Positions 55,629 through 64,000 of a stretch of 64,000 bases of DNA are shown here, one piece after another. Below the pieces are notes generated by a model. The model was not told the DNA's origin, searched no databases, and saw only the letters and a program-made list of their open reading frames with translations. Position numbers and translations under genes: made by a program. The DNA lies in IMG/VR virus record IMGVR_UViG_3300028883_000032, positions 62,001-126,000 of that record; one strand, 5' to 3'. Each line of letters opens with the position of its first letter. The stretch's first letter is position 1.

Positions 55629-56004
55629 TTTTTCCTCAAAAGTTTTGTTGGGTAGTGCTAACGTGCACACCCATGTTTAAATATACACAATAATATGTCA
55701 TAAGTCAAGTATGAACCCCTGTTTACTTTCCAGGATAACAGATGAATGCTAATAAATTTGAAGTACGTATTTTTCCCCCGAAAAGAAATTGGGGAGGGAA
55801 AACCATATCATTACGGCCATACGGAACTATACCCCCAAATTCGTACTATGGTACAAAGCCATACCAGACTGCGATAATGCAAAGAGGGTTAACCTCAAAA
55901 CGAAGAGCTTGGAAAAAAAGAAAGGCCTCTTCCGGGAAAAATACTACCTTTCCCGTAAACAAGCTTCGAGGCTCTATATCCCGCATCAGTAAAGGGGCTC
56001 AGCG

Positions 56005-56395
<391 letters not shown>

Positions 56396-56400
56396 AACAA

Positions 56401-56661
56401 ATGGATAATAAATTCGACACTGGTAAAGATGTGTGGATGTCTCCTGATAGTAGATTTTGTGGTACATCAGATACTAATCCGCCCGCTTTTACACATGGAA
56501 CAGTCGCGAGGCTTACAGGTCGTAAGCTCCCAATACGAGTTAGGTGGGACAACGGGTTAGAGAATAGTTACCAAGAATCTGACCTCCTCACTCCCGATGA
56601 TGTAGACACACTATATCAATTTTGGTCCAATTGCACCACTGAAACCAAAGGCAACAAATAA
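56401..56661 (+). CDS. Early hypothetical protein
   Basis: AAGGTG SD; GTVARL..PIRVRWDNG.ENSY SH3-like pattern. Confidence 0.7.
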   Translation: MDNKFDTGKDVWMSPDSRFCGTSDTNPPAFTHGTVARLTGRKLPIRVRWDNGLENSYQESDLLTPDDVDTLYQFWSNCTTETKGNK

Positions 56662-56751
56662 TGAGATTTGACAACAAAATCACACGAGCTGACCTGAAGG
56701 AGCTGCACCAACTTCACGAAGCCCTGCGGCTGAAGAGAAAGGAATAGGGAA

Positions 56752-57105
56752 ATGGGTAACCACGGAGAACCTTGGAGAGTGTTCACTGGAGATGGATTTC
56801 CTCCAGATGTCATTCGCACATCTTGTAGAAACAGTGATGAAGTCGAAATTATAGCCAAAATAGAGGCACACCCTCCGAGGTTCTGGGGAGGAATGCCTGG
56901 AGCTGAAGTAAACGCTAATCGTATCGTCTCTTGTGTCAACGCACTTGAAGGGCTCAACCCAGAGGCGGTGAAAGAAGCTCTCAAGTATGCTGTGGCCTTA
57001 ATGGGGCAATGGGACTCAGTAATGGAATACATTGCCATAACAGGAGAAGAGCCACACGGCTTGAAAAAGCTACGCGAAGCAGTAGCAAACCTGAAGGAGG
57101 AGTGA
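56752..57105 (+). CDS. Early protein, paralog A
   Basis: ANRIVSCVNALEG..ANLKEE shared with 57453-57875. Confidence 0.75.
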   Translation: MGNHGEPWRVFTGDGFPPDVIRTSCRNSDEVEIIAKIEAHPPRFWGGMPGAEVNANRIVSCVNALEGLNPEAVKEALKYAVALMGQWDSVMEYIAITGEEPHGLKKLREAVANLKEE

Positions 57106-57106
57106 G

Positions 57107-57490
57107 ATGAACGTTCTTGGACCATTTGAAACACTGAACCACCCCAAAGATGCAATAAGGGGAAGTGACACGCTGGTAGCTGGAAAAGAGTATTGGGTTG
57201 TTAAATCAGGCAGCGGATACTCGATACAATTTACCTTTCGCGGTATGGCAGAAGGTAGGTATGGGGGCCTTATTATTGATGGTGAAGATTTGTATGCAGC
57301 GGACTGCGGTCTTGAGCCATATGACAATAACCAGTGGAACACAGTAAACTTTACTCTCGACAGGGAGCCAACATCGGAAGAGATGCGGCGCAACTACGAA
57401 GAGTGGCAAAAAGAGGTAGCAAAACAGGAGTCCCCCTTGTATAAGGAGGTGTATGATGGCAGGAAAGTACGGCGAGCCTTGGAAAATTGA
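57107..57490 (+). CDS. Early hypothetical protein
   Basis: AGGAGG SD. Confidence 0.7.
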   Translation: MNVLGPFETLNHPKDAIRGSDTLVAGKEYWVVKSGSGYSIQFTFRGMAEGRYGGLIIDGEDLYAADCGLEPYDNNQWNTVNFTLDREPTSEEMRRNYEEWQKEVAKQESPLYKEVYDGRKVRRALEN

Positions 57491-57875
57491 TTACGAGGCT
57501 ATTCCTTGGAGCAAGCGACAGAAAAGCCCGTTTGACGACGAGGGGGCGGGAATAAGCGATTGCAATAACGAAGAGGTTGTTGTAGGTGGCTCTCAAGACG
57601 AACAGGGAGGGGCTATTGGAGTTCTTGATAACACAAGAGCAAACCGTATTGTCTCTTGCGTCAACGCACTGGAGGGGTTCGATCCCGAAGCGGTGGCGGA
57701 GGTGGTTTCATTGTTGGCATGGGGAAGAACTCACGTAGGCGGTTTAATAAGCAATCTCAAGATTCAACCGACAGACGCTGTTTCGGACGCGCTTACTGTT
57801 CGACAAGAACTTCCCCTGCTTGAAAGATGGATGCGCTTGTCAGAGACAGCCCTCGCAAACCTGAAGGAGGTGTAA
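57453..57875 (+). CDS. Early protein, paralog B
   Basis: GEPW..ANRIVSCVNALEG..ANLKEV. Confidence 0.75.
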   Translation: MMAGKYGEPWKIDYEAIPWSKRQKSPFDDEGAGISDCNNEEVVVGGSQDEQGGAIGVLDNTRANRIVSCVNALEGFDPEAVAEVVSLLAWGRTHVGGLISNLKIQPTDAVSDALTVRQELPLLERWMRLSETALANLKEV

Positions 57876-57876
57876 G

Positions 57877-58284
57877 ATGTGCAACTTTGCGGAGATCCCC
57901 GATATACTTCCCGGCGATCACACGATCTACAAGGTGGTGCTGAAAAATCCAAGGCTTGGTACATACCTTTCCCTCCTTGCGGGGACTATTCTTGAGGTCG
58001 GGGCTGTGCCACATGGGGAGCGCAAGCATTATGTACATGCAACACCAAAATATCTTTTCAGTAAACACAATGTTGGTCGAGTGTCTGGTTTTGTCGAGCT
58101 TCAAGTAGCAAAGCGCGGACTTGCAGTATGGAAGCATATGATGAAAGGGAATTTATATGATGTAATAATTGTTAAGGTTGTAATCCGAAATGATGTTATT
58201 GAGGGATCAGTCGGTTTGGTTGAGATACGAACCAAAGCCGGACGCGAAATTGTGTCCATAGAAGAGCTACCAGAGGAGGGGTAA
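57877..58284 (+). CDS. Early hypothetical protein
   Basis: AGGAGG SD. Confidence 0.7.
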   Translation: MCNFAEIPDILPGDHTIYKVVLKNPRLGTYLSLLAGTILEVGAVPHGERKHYVHATPKYLFSKHNVGRVSGFVELQVAKRGLAVWKHMMKGNLYDVIIVKVVIRNDVIEGSVGLVEIRTKAGREIVSIEELPEEG

Positions 58285-58285
58285 G

Positions 58286-58618
58286 ATGGCTACTCGTGAG
58301 AGATGGCTCGAATTGCAGGATAAAGTGATAGCGGCGTGTGAGCGAAACAAGGAGCTGGATTGCCCGTTTTGCAGCGAGGCGCAAAAGATGTTATCCAAGC
58401 AAAAGGACAAAGGCCAAAACGAATGCAACTTTTGTATTTACGCTATTTATGCGAAGAAAATCGGTTATACGTTTCTGTCTTGTGCCGAAATAGGCCCAAG
58501 ACACTACACCCCGGAACGCGCCACATGGCACAAGCGTTCCCTTCGTCGGCGCATCTTGAATATGCCCGACGATCACCCGTTGTTTCACAACAAACCTTTT
58601 ATTTTGCAGGAGGAATAA
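58286..58618 (+). CDS. Early Cys-rich protein
   Basis: CPFC..CNFC..C. Confidence 0.7.
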   Translation: MATRERWLELQDKVIAACERNKELDCPFCSEAQKMLSKQKDKGQNECNFCIYAIYAKKIGYTFLSCAEIGPRHYTPERATWHKRSLRRRILNMPDDHPLFHNKPFILQEE

Positions 58619-58619
58619 A

Positions 58620-58790
58620 ATGAGTATTTTTTCGGGATTAATTAAGGCTGTGACATTTCCGTTAACTACCCTTGATGTAGTAGCTGACGTTGCCACAGGT
58701 GGTGATGGTTCAGAGAAGAGCAGACTCGATGGTCCGTTTTTAGGAACTGCGGTTGCAAAAGCATTAAAAGATTTAGCAGAGGATAAATAA
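58620..58790 (+). CDS. Small early protein (56 aa, not in ORF track)
   Basis: AGGAGG SD; MSIFSGLIKAVTFPLTTLDVVADVATGGDG... Confidence 0.7.
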   Translation: MSIFSGLIKAVTFPLTTLDVVADVATGGDGSEKSRLDGPFLGTAVAKALKDLAEDK

Positions 58791-58832
58791 ACAGCGATGC
58801 AACAACCTTCCGCACCTGCGGAAAAAGGAGGG

Positions 58833-59102
58833 ATGATGCCAAGAAGAAACGTATGGATTATGACTTGGGTACCGACTCCCAACAACCTGAAAATAGAGGG
58901 TTTGTATCGGAAGTTAAAAGATGCCCTGTTGTCGGCCAAGGAGTTTGTTGTCACACAGGGAGAAGAGTGGTGCTTTGAGCACAATTTACGCGTAGCAAAC
59001 TTACAGTTTAGGGGTTTTGAGGCTTGTGGTGGTTCGATTGTTCATCCGATCATAGGACAATCCTATACAGAGCAGATAAACGATGCTCTCCAATATTGCT
59101 GA
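58833..59102 (+). CDS. Early hypothetical protein flanked by direct repeats
   Basis: Start after AGGAGG within the repeat. Confidence 0.55.
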   Translation: MMPRRNVWIMTWVPTPNNLKIEGLYRKLKDALLSAKEFVVTQGEEWCFEHNLRVANLQFRGFEACGGSIVHPIIGQSYTEQINDALQYC

Positions 59103-59341
59103 TTTTCCGCACCTGCGGAAAAAGGAGGAGTGATGAGCACAGTAAAACAAGATGTTGCGTACCTGCGTAAGGTTGCGGGACGATGTGATGGGGTGAGCTT
59201 TATTCCGGGATACCCGGACAACTTAAATCAGGTGCAACACATAGGCGAGATCTACACTTTCAGTGTGGAAAGATATACAACAACCTTGCTGACGTTCCTG
59301 ACAATACGCTACGCGCCGCCATTGACGCGGAAAAAGGAGGG

Positions 59342-59533
59342 GTGATGATACAGCGATACGATCCGTTTATTGATTCAAGCCATCCGGCTGTGTTTTTCGT
59401 TGATCATAAGGAATGCGATGACGGAGAGTGGGTCAGGTACGACGATGTAACCGAACTCGAAGCAGAGCTTGCCGAGTTGCAGAAACGGATTGCTTCATAC
59501 TTTGACAGGATTGACGCGGCAAAGGAGGAGTGA
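59342..59533 (+). CDS. Early hypothetical protein
   Basis: IQRYDP..GEWVRYDD..ELEAEL pattern. Confidence 0.7.
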   Translation: MMIQRYDPFIDSSHPAVFFVDHKECDDGEWVRYDDVTELEAELAELQKRIASYFDRIDAAKEE

Positions 59534-59724
59534 TGCGTAAGTTCTTATCTATCCATGCACTTGTAGTTCGTTTCTTACCATTTGTTGTCTTATATGGGTT
59601 AATTGGTTACATATTATGGGATTTAGGTGGTATTGGTTTAACTATTTTTATGGGGTTTGTGGTGTTTGGATTAGTCCTCCGGTATTTAGTGGGCCGCGAC
59701 GAAGAAACAGATTGGGAGGGGTGA
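59530..59724 (+). CDS. Small membrane protein
   Basis: Two hydrophobic segments. Confidence 0.65.
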   Translation: MMRKFLSIHALVVRFLPFVVLYGLIGYILWDLGGIGLTIFMGFVVFGLVLRYLVGRDEETDWEG

Positions 59725-60254
59725 TGCGTGTACGCTATATGGGTGTTATCGACGAACAGGTAAAGTGGGGTGGGAATGACGATCCCAGAAAACACCTGGT
59801 CGAAGGAAATGAATATATTGTAACCAAGCAAGACATTCGTACTTGGCATACAAAAATTGAACTTGAAGGGTTTCCCGGATTGGTGTTCAATGATACCAGT
59901 TTTACCTATCTAATGAAGACCAAAGAGCAGTGGTTATCTATGCCGCGCAGGGAGTTGGACGCGGCGATTTATGAGCTATTGACAGGGAAGAAGGCTTATC
60001 GTAGTTGGTATAACAAGATAGTAACCAACCTATATGGCCCAGAAATTCCCTATTACAGCACCGATCTCGACGATGCTGAAAAGTTGTTGGGTGATCAAGA
60101 TACGATGACTGTTATCTATTTAGACAAGTATTCCCGCGAATACTTGGTACATAAATTCAATCCTGAAGCAACGGTTCGTCACTTTGATCTCCGTCTTGCC
60201 ATCTGTCTTGCGTTCCTTGAGGCACACGGGGAGGTGGAACAAGATAAAACGTAG
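59724..60254 (+). CDS. Early hypothetical protein (start MRVRY; ABA-sandwich-like C-terminal part)
   Basis: ELDAAIYE..PYYSTDLDDAEKLL..LAICLAFL pattern. Confidence 0.6.
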   Translation: MRVRYMGVIDEQVKWGGNDDPRKHLVEGNEYIVTKQDIRTWHTKIELEGFPGLVFNDTSFTYLMKTKEQWLSMPRRELDAAIYELLTGKKAYRSWYNKIVTNLYGPEIPYYSTDLDDAEKLLGDQDTMTVIYLDKYSREYLVHKFNPEATVRHFDLRLAICLAFLEAHGEVEQDKT

Positions 60255-60283
60255 GTTTAACCAATTTACGAGGGCCCATAAAT

Positions 60284-60550
60284 ATGTTATTTACCAAGGC
60301 GGAACTCCCAATCGCGAAATCTTTTCACGAACGCATTGAGGAATTGCGCAAGATGATGTATTCCTCGGTATCCCCGGAATCCAGGGTTGGAGAAATGCTG
60401 ATTTACTGGATAACCGACAAATCGATAGAAAACGAATACATATATTCTCCCTTTAATGGTGAATTTGCAGAGGAAGAAATCAATGTGTTTAAATCATTAG
60501 GATTTAAAGTAAGAACTAATGGTAGTCAAGTCATAATCTCATTGGAGTAG
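60284..60550 (+). CDS. Paralog-array protein 1
   Basis: FKSLGFKV..VIISL. Confidence 0.7.
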   Translation: MLFTKAELPIAKSFHERIEELRKMMYSSVSPESRVGEMLIYWITDKSIENEYIYSPFNGEFAEEEINVFKSLGFKVRTNGSQVIISLE

Positions 60551-60552
60551 GA

Positions 60553-60828
60553 ATGATGGAATGTGTATCTCCGGCTGAAATGGCCATTTTATATAACTTA
60601 ACTTCAAAAGTCGATGAAATGGTCAAAAGAACTTATGGTACAGTAATTGAAAGTAAGGTAAAACAAGTATTTGGGCATTGGAGAGATAGGGGATTTATCC
60701 CATCCACAGAAATATTTGTAAACAGTGCCCACTTACATGAAATCACGGACTTCTTAAGAAAGTTGGGTTATAGTGTGGAACCGAACGAGTCACGCGGTTC
60801 AATAAGAATTTCATGGAATAAGACTTAG
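60553..60828 (+). CDS. Paralog-array protein 2
   Basis: LRKLGYSV..IRISW. Confidence 0.7.
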   Translation: MMECVSPAEMAILYNLTSKVDEMVKRTYGTVIESKVKQVFGHWRDRGFIPSTEIFVNSAHLHEITDFLRKLGYSVEPNESRGSIRISWNKT

Positions 60829-60886
60829 TACAATTTCCCTGCCCATAAGCTGTGGGGAGGAGTTGTTTTTACAACAAAAATGAGGT

Positions 60887-61201
60887 TTGAAGTTGAGAGA
60901 TATTTACTTTTACCAACTAGGCTCTAAATTATGGGGACCTCCACGGCGGAGTGTTAACCAACAGTGTGGTAAATATCCTGTTTGTTTGTGGGTTCATGTT
61001 CCCGATGGTTGGGGGGATGAATCGTCGTGGGAAGAAAGGGACTTGAACTTTCCCGAAGAAATAAAATTGTTCTGCCAAATGGGTTTAATTATGAAGTTCA
61101 AACCATGGTTGCACTTTTCTACTTACATTAAAAACAACACTCGTAGACGAAGAAGGCATTGTAATGAAAGAGCTCGCTATACCACACATCACTCCAAGTG
61201 A
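60887..61201 (+). CDS. hypothetical protein
   Basis: TTG start with GAGG SD. Confidence 0.55.
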   Translation: MKLRDIYFYQLGSKLWGPPRRSVNQQCGKYPVCLWVHVPDGWGDESSWEERDLNFPEEIKLFCQMGLIMKFKPWLHFSTYIKNNTRRRRRHCNERARYTTHHSK

Positions 61202-61505
61202 AATAATGGCTGTACGTAAAATAGGCTATCTAACAAAACACCAGCTTGAGATACATTCAGAATATACTTGTGAAACACCGGGATGGGAATTACATAATAC
61301 AGGGATGTGGTTGTGTCGTGCCTATAATCAGATTTTAAAAATGGGTATGGACCCATACTCCCCTGTTCCCGTAACCAGACAGCCTCACAGGGATTTAAAG
61401 TCAACAATAAAAGAAGCAATGGAGGAGCTTGGGTTTACAGTAGACGACGAATGCACCACAATTTGGATACCACGGGAGAGAAAAGATGAATTGGGACCAT
61501 ATTAA
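61164..61505 (+). CDS. Paralog-array protein 3
   Basis: ITPSE..MEELGFTV..IWI. Confidence 0.65.
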   Translation: MKELAIPHITPSEIMAVRKIGYLTKHQLEIHSEYTCETPGWELHNTGMWLCRAYNQILKMGMDPYSPVPVTRQPHRDLKSTIKEAMEELGFTVDDECTTIWIPRERKDELGPY

Positions 61506-61556
61506 CCTGACCTCAGCTGTGGATACAAAAAGATAAACTAACGATTGTGAGAGCCA

Positions 61557-62027
61557 ATGATTAATATACCAACTAACTCTTTAAAAGAATTTGCCCATGC
61601 TGAAGTTATAATCAATCGTTTTTCTGACCACATAGTTTCCACGGAGTACAGAGATCATACCCATCGTGGGCCGATGAGAAATTTAGACGTAGACGCTGTG
61701 AATCCAGAATATATAGTATCCCGTGGTATAGCTTGGGTTATTAGAAACCTCAAAAGTAAAATACGGGAAGCAGTACAATTGGATAAATTTATCATAGGTT
61801 CTAACGTCACAATGCGATTTCAAGTGTATTCCAGGCAAGATCGTTCTATTATTTTTTGGCGAGCCGGAGAGGAATTCATGGAAATGTTGAAAAACGGATA
61901 TGGCTTAAAGGTTGTGAGTATGGTGGAAAACCCACCAGGAATGGTAAAACACAGGATTCCAGACGAGAGGGAATTAATAAATGACACCATCGAATATTGG
62001 TACTTTGACATAACATTTGAGTTTTAA
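61557..62027 (+). CDS. Paralog-array protein 4
   Basis: IPTN..LKNGYGLKV..FDITF. Confidence 0.65.
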   Translation: MINIPTNSLKEFAHAEVIINRFSDHIVSTEYRDHTHRGPMRNLDVDAVNPEYIVSRGIAWVIRNLKSKIREAVQLDKFIIGSNVTMRFQVYSRQDRSIIFWRAGEEFMEMLKNGYGLKVVSMVENPPGMVKHRIPDERELINDTIEYWYFDITFEF

Positions 62028-62664
62028 AATGTATACAATTCCAACAGCACAAGAAGTGGTATTAGCAATTAGAACACGTAAATTTGTCTCATACAATGAG
62101 AGTGAACTACCCGATATTTGCTTAGACCTATTAGAGTCCCTTACAGAGGGTAAATTTTACATTATCAAAAATGCAGGAAGTTTCGATGTTCCCGAAATAG
62201 AGGACTTGGGGTTTGAAGTTTTCGTGTATCCTGATGGTAACGCTCATATATCGTGTAGAAATCCTCTTCCCGCTAAGAACAGTAATGCTCTTATCACAGC
62301 TACCCAACTCCATCTTTATGGTAAGATAATTGGAATACCAAGGGATGTATCAGCCAATCATTCCTATATTTCAGATGATACTAGAGAATATGGGATAAGC
62401 GACGAATATTGGCTATATGCCCACGCTTTTTCATCATACATGAGTGAAATTAGAAGTGTGTCAATTCACGGAAGTAAGGAATCTGAGGACATTCTAGAGA
62501 ACACAGATCCAGCAAAATTTATATTGGAAGGACAGCGAGGAGAAGAATTCACTGCGGCTGAAACACTAGAAGGGATATTGCCGGGATTGGGTTATACTTA
62601 TGAATTTAACAGAAATCCCGCTTATATTACATTATGTATACGATACCATCAAAGACAGAGCTAG
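62017..62664 (+). CDS. Paralog-array protein 5 (two repeats)
   Basis: IPTAQE..EDLGFEV..HISC..PGLGYTY..ITLCI. Confidence 0.65.
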   Translation: MSFKMYTIPTAQEVVLAIRTRKFVSYNESELPDICLDLLESLTEGKFYIIKNAGSFDVPEIEDLGFEVFVYPDGNAHISCRNPLPAKNSNALITATQLHLYGKIIGIPRDVSANHSYISDDTREYGISDEYWLYAHAFSSYMSEIRSVSIHGSKESEDILENTDPAKFILEGQRGEEFTAAETLEGILPGLGYTYEFNRNPAYITLCIRYHQRQS

Positions 62665-62984
62665 ATTTAATACACGACATGTGGGATAGAATTGTAGGAA
62701 ATAAAGCGGAACATTCCCTTTATAAGCAAAGCATTCGACTTAGAAGCGAAAGAGCCCCAACTCAACAGGAATTAGACGCCGAATACCACCATTTATTAAA
62801 TAATATTATTTCCAAGTATTTAAGCACGGATTATGCGGAGGTGTCCGTCGCCCAACATAAAAATCTTAATGCCACACCATTAGGGAGCAGCTTTAATAAG
62901 GTAGTGCAGACACTCACTGAATCTGGATTTAAGGTAACCGTTATTGAAGAATCCGACAGAATGCGGATAAAGATTAGGAGATGA
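62634..62984 (+). CDS. Paralog-array protein 6
   Basis: IPSKTE..LTESGFKV..MRIKI. Confidence 0.7.
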   Translation: MYTIPSKTELDLIHDMWDRIVGNKAEHSLYKQSIRLRSERAPTQQELDAEYHHLLNNIISKYLSTDYAEVSVAQHKNLNATPLGSSFNKVVQTLTESGFKVTVIEESDRMRIKIRR

Positions 62985-62985
62985 C

Positions 62986-63414
62986 ATGGCAACAAAAAAG
63001 GCAAGTAGTGGTTTAATTCCTACAATGGAAGAGGCTGCCAAAAAGTACGAGATAAACCATCGTATAGTGTTGGAGCAATTTGAAATTTCTTACTTCAACA
63101 GAGTTTACCAAGTAGCCAATGAATTTGTAGAGGAAGTTGTTAAAAAAATAACAGAAGAAATAATGTCTGGAAAATCCACCAGTATTAAAATTACTGCGAG
63201 CGATTTGGGTGAAGCGATAAGGGAAGTCCCGGACGAATATAATAACATCGCCGGTGAGTTAAAAGCAGAAGCCCGAAGAAGAGTTGTTACACCATTTCTT
63301 GAAGCAGGATGGGTTGTAGAACTCGAAGACAGGGATTGGAATCCAGATTTTACTTTAGCCATACTAGAAAAAAGTGCAGAGATACATAAAAGTGGGGACG
63401 AAGGTAGTTCTTAG
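62986..63414 (+). CDS. Paralog-array protein 7
   Basis: IPTMEE..FLEAGWVV..FTLAI. Confidence 0.7.
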   Translation: MATKKASSGLIPTMEEAAKKYEINHRIVLEQFEISYFNRVYQVANEFVEEVVKKITEEIMSGKSTSIKITASDLGEAIREVPDEYNNIAGELKAEARRRVVTPFLEAGWVVELEDRDWNPDFTLAILEKSAEIHKSGDEGSS

Positions 63415-63643
63415 GTATAAACGGCCCAAGAGTTTACATAAGTTTGAGCCGGGAATTTACACAATAAAAGCTTTCTATACAGCTAGAGGGGATAGAAGGC
63501 GTTGTAAAAATGTCCGTTACCTAAAACTTCAACACCCCGCAACACAAGAAACATTTTGGGCTCCCCATTGGTGTATTTTCATGGGTAGAAATACAGGATT
63601 ATCCATACTCGATGACGCTTTAGCATTTAGGGGGCTGCCTTGA
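63374..63643 (+). CDS. hypothetical basic protein
   Basis: ORF overlapping previous gene end. Confidence 0.5.
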   Translation: MQRYIKVGTKVVLRYKRPKSLHKFEPGIYTIKAFYTARGDRRRCKNVRYLKLQHPATQETFWAPHWCIFMGRNTGLSILDDALAFRGLP

Positions 63644-63935
63644 GACCAAATGGGGTTGAATTTATAACTCTAGACTCGTCGGCCGGACCAAGGTCGGCGA
63701 GTCCGGAGTTTTGTAATTCACTAAGTCTTTTTAACCCATAATTTGTTTCGTCGGAATACAAGGATGCAAAAGATTCCCCCACATTACCGCAGGATTCCAG
63801 TATCCTATAAAATTGTTTTTGTTTCTTATTTAATTTAATGTCTTTCCATAGTTTAAACCTCGCGTCCCATACTCCTTTTATATCTTTAAACTTGTTTCTC
63901 GTACATAGTATTATTTTCATGTACCTATTTTCCAA
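63627..63935 (-). CDS. hypothetical protein, possible winged helix
   Basis: LKRLSELQNSGLAD pattern. Confidence 0.5.
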   Translation of the reverse strand: MENRYMKIILCTRNKFKDIKGVWDARFKLWKDIKLNKKQKQFYRILESCGNVGESFASLYSDETNYGLKRLSELQNSGLADLGPADESRVINSTPFGLKAAP

Positions 63936-64000
63936 ACCATGTTTAATAGCAAAAGTAATTTTTATACTACTACCATGCTTTGTAGTATAGAATGGGCCGC

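Noticed and set aside
56616-58984. Long - strand ORFs (56616-57155, 57070-57393, 58391-58984)
   Set aside because: Antisense to SD-led + strand early genes; higher GC reduces chance stops

Overview
64 kb of a large, AT-rich (roughly 38% GC by eye) contractile-tailed dsDNA phage genome; the FCB-type sigma70 hints at a Bacteroidota/FCB-like host. Layout: (1) 1-11.5 kb, + strand, replication and nucleotide metabolism: ATP-dependent DNA ligase, RNA ligase, metallophosphatase, sigma70, 3D protein, family-A DNA polymerase, dNMP kinase, HAD nucleotidase, tRNA-Cys, and a tRNA-Ser(UGA) split by a group IC3 intron carrying an HNH endonuclease; it also holds a divergent second major-capsid-protein gene. 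(2) 11.5-55.7 kb, mostly - strand, morphogenesis: two tube-like genes, sheath, neck, LamG fibre, major capsid, scaffolds, prohead protease, terminase, PhoH and a baseplate spike. It also encodes an NTase/helicase/LigD-phosphoesterase-ligase trio and many Gly/Ala-rich basic proteins with K-x-A motifs. This module uses CTTGACW-N16-18-TATAYT promoters and is interrupted by small islands, each starting at a conserved GGHATAAGAW box. Several islands contain no credible ORF but fold into structured RNAs, including an ornate RNA of about 570 nt with tRNA-like modules and complementary loops. (3) 55.5-56.4 kb: two ribbon-helix-helix genes and an iteron/AT-rich origin-like region. (4) 56.4-64 kb, + strand: small early genes with junction repeats and a tandem paralog array. 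No portal, tape measure or CRISPR array was recognised. All assignments are by eye from motifs; no database searches were run.
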